Of a DNA stretch of 44,033 nt, positions 43,603 through 44,033 are shown piece by piece. Under the pieces are notes generated by a model that was given only the letters and a program-made list of their open reading frames with translations, was not told where the DNA came from and searched no databases. The DNA lies in the NCBI GenBank assembly GCA_018304605.1, contig JAGVVU010000033.1, positions 1 to 44,033 of the forward strand, in the 5' to 3' direction. Made by a program: the position numbers and the translations under genes. The stretch's first letter is position 1; every line of letters begins with the position of its first letter. Source of the stretch: Candidatus Aenigmatarchaeota archaeon (lineage in GTDB: Archaea > Aenigmatarchaeota > Aenigmatarchaeia > GW2011-AR5).

Positions 43603-43899
43603 GTGGTTATGCTCATGTGGAAAGTGCTGATTGAAAATAATGCCCTAAAATTTCTCGAATCGCTTGACAAGAAACGTTCTGAGAACATAAAAGAAGAACT
43701 GCGATTGCTGAAAGAATCTCCTTTCCCAGACATTCATGGCAACAAGAAAGAAATCAAGGGTACTTCAAAATCTGCATTCAGGCTGCGCATCGGAGACTAT
43801 CGTGCATTCTACACTATAGAAACAGAAGATAGAATAGTGAAAGTTACGGAAATAATGACTGCGGAAGCAGCGCACAAGAAATATGGTCGAATGGATTGA
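43603..43899 (+). CDS. relE: RelE/ParE-family toxin
   Basis: ...FRLRIGDYRAFYTIETEDRIVKVTEIMTAEAAHKKY is the RelE core. The likely start is ATG 43615, 8 nt after GAGGTGG. Confidence 0.8.
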   Translation: MVMLMWKVLIENNALKFLESLDKKRSENIKEELRLLKESPFPDIHGNKKEIKGTSKSAFRLRIGDYRAFYTIETEDRIVKVTEIMTAEAAHKKYGRMD

Positions 43900-43934
43900 T
43901 TCTAAGACTAATCGACAATTCTGCAACATTCTTC

Positions 43935-44033
43935 TTTATTGCAATGAATGCAGCTAGTTTAATACTACGACCTTCAGGTCGTTCATATTAAACTGCATTC
44001 TTGCAAAAATACTGCGGGCTTTAGCCCGCAGAT
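43935..44033 (+). repeat. 99-bp structured direct repeat F2 (runs to the window end)
   Basis: See F1. The window or contig ends exactly at the last repeat base. Confidence 0.85.

Noticed and set aside
43266-44033. Integron attC sites / gene cassette interpretation of F1-F2
   Set aside because: The candidate core motifs (gtttaat ... attaaac) are in the opposite order to R''(RYYYAAC)...R'(GTTRRRY). No IntI-type recombinase is visible. It is kept only as an analogy in the findings.
43266-44033. CRISPR array
   Set aside because: There are only two repeats, each 99 bp (far longer than CRISPR repeats), separated by 570 bp of coding DNA. No cas genes are present.

Overview
Archaeal chromosomal segment. 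Archaeal-type informational genes occur throughout: aIF2-beta, TFB, RpoD/RpoN, L15e, L18e, S3Ae, RNase P proteins Pop5/Rpp30, RFC, ATP-dependent DNA ligase and deoxyhypusine synthase. Small, tightly packed genes and many orphan ORFs suggest a small-genome (DPANN-like) archaeon, but lineage is inference only. All similarity calls were made by eye from translations; no database was searched. Positions 1-4460 hold the conserved S4-S11-RpoD-tRNALeu-L18e-L13-S9-RpoN-KsgA block. It contains three unexpected small ORFs and a tRNA-Leu(UAA) that appears to carry two introns. The rest mixes housekeeping genes (argS, dys, glmS/glmU, tfb, lig, rfcL, nreA, rnp2/rnp3, eif2b) with orphan genes. Two replication genes (rfcL, lig) have broken reading frames. 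The most striking signal is non-coding: almost every longer intergenic spacer is filled with mismatch-free hairpins, and several belong to repeat families. (i) Nested-palindrome elements of about 100-160 nt share one architecture (outer stem, internal loop, inner stem, two hairpins joined by AGCT) but have unrelated stem sequences. One has a perfect 9-bp target-site duplication and rebuilt the nreA stop codon. (ii) A two-hairpin family (3 copies) shows compensatory stem changes and one inverted loop. (iii) A 25-nt hairpin module occurs 3 times, and 99-bp direct repeats bracket a RelE-like toxin cassette at the window end. (iv) An ~85-nt conserved 5' leader is shared by eif2b and glmU. (v) A T/A-rich palindrome plus BRE/TATA-like promoter cassette recurs. 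The best protein-level candidate system is a radical-SAM/SPASM enzyme translationally coupled to a His-x-Asp repeat protein, flanked by two paralogous orphan proteins. No rRNA, CRISPR array, cas, integrase or transposase gene was seen.
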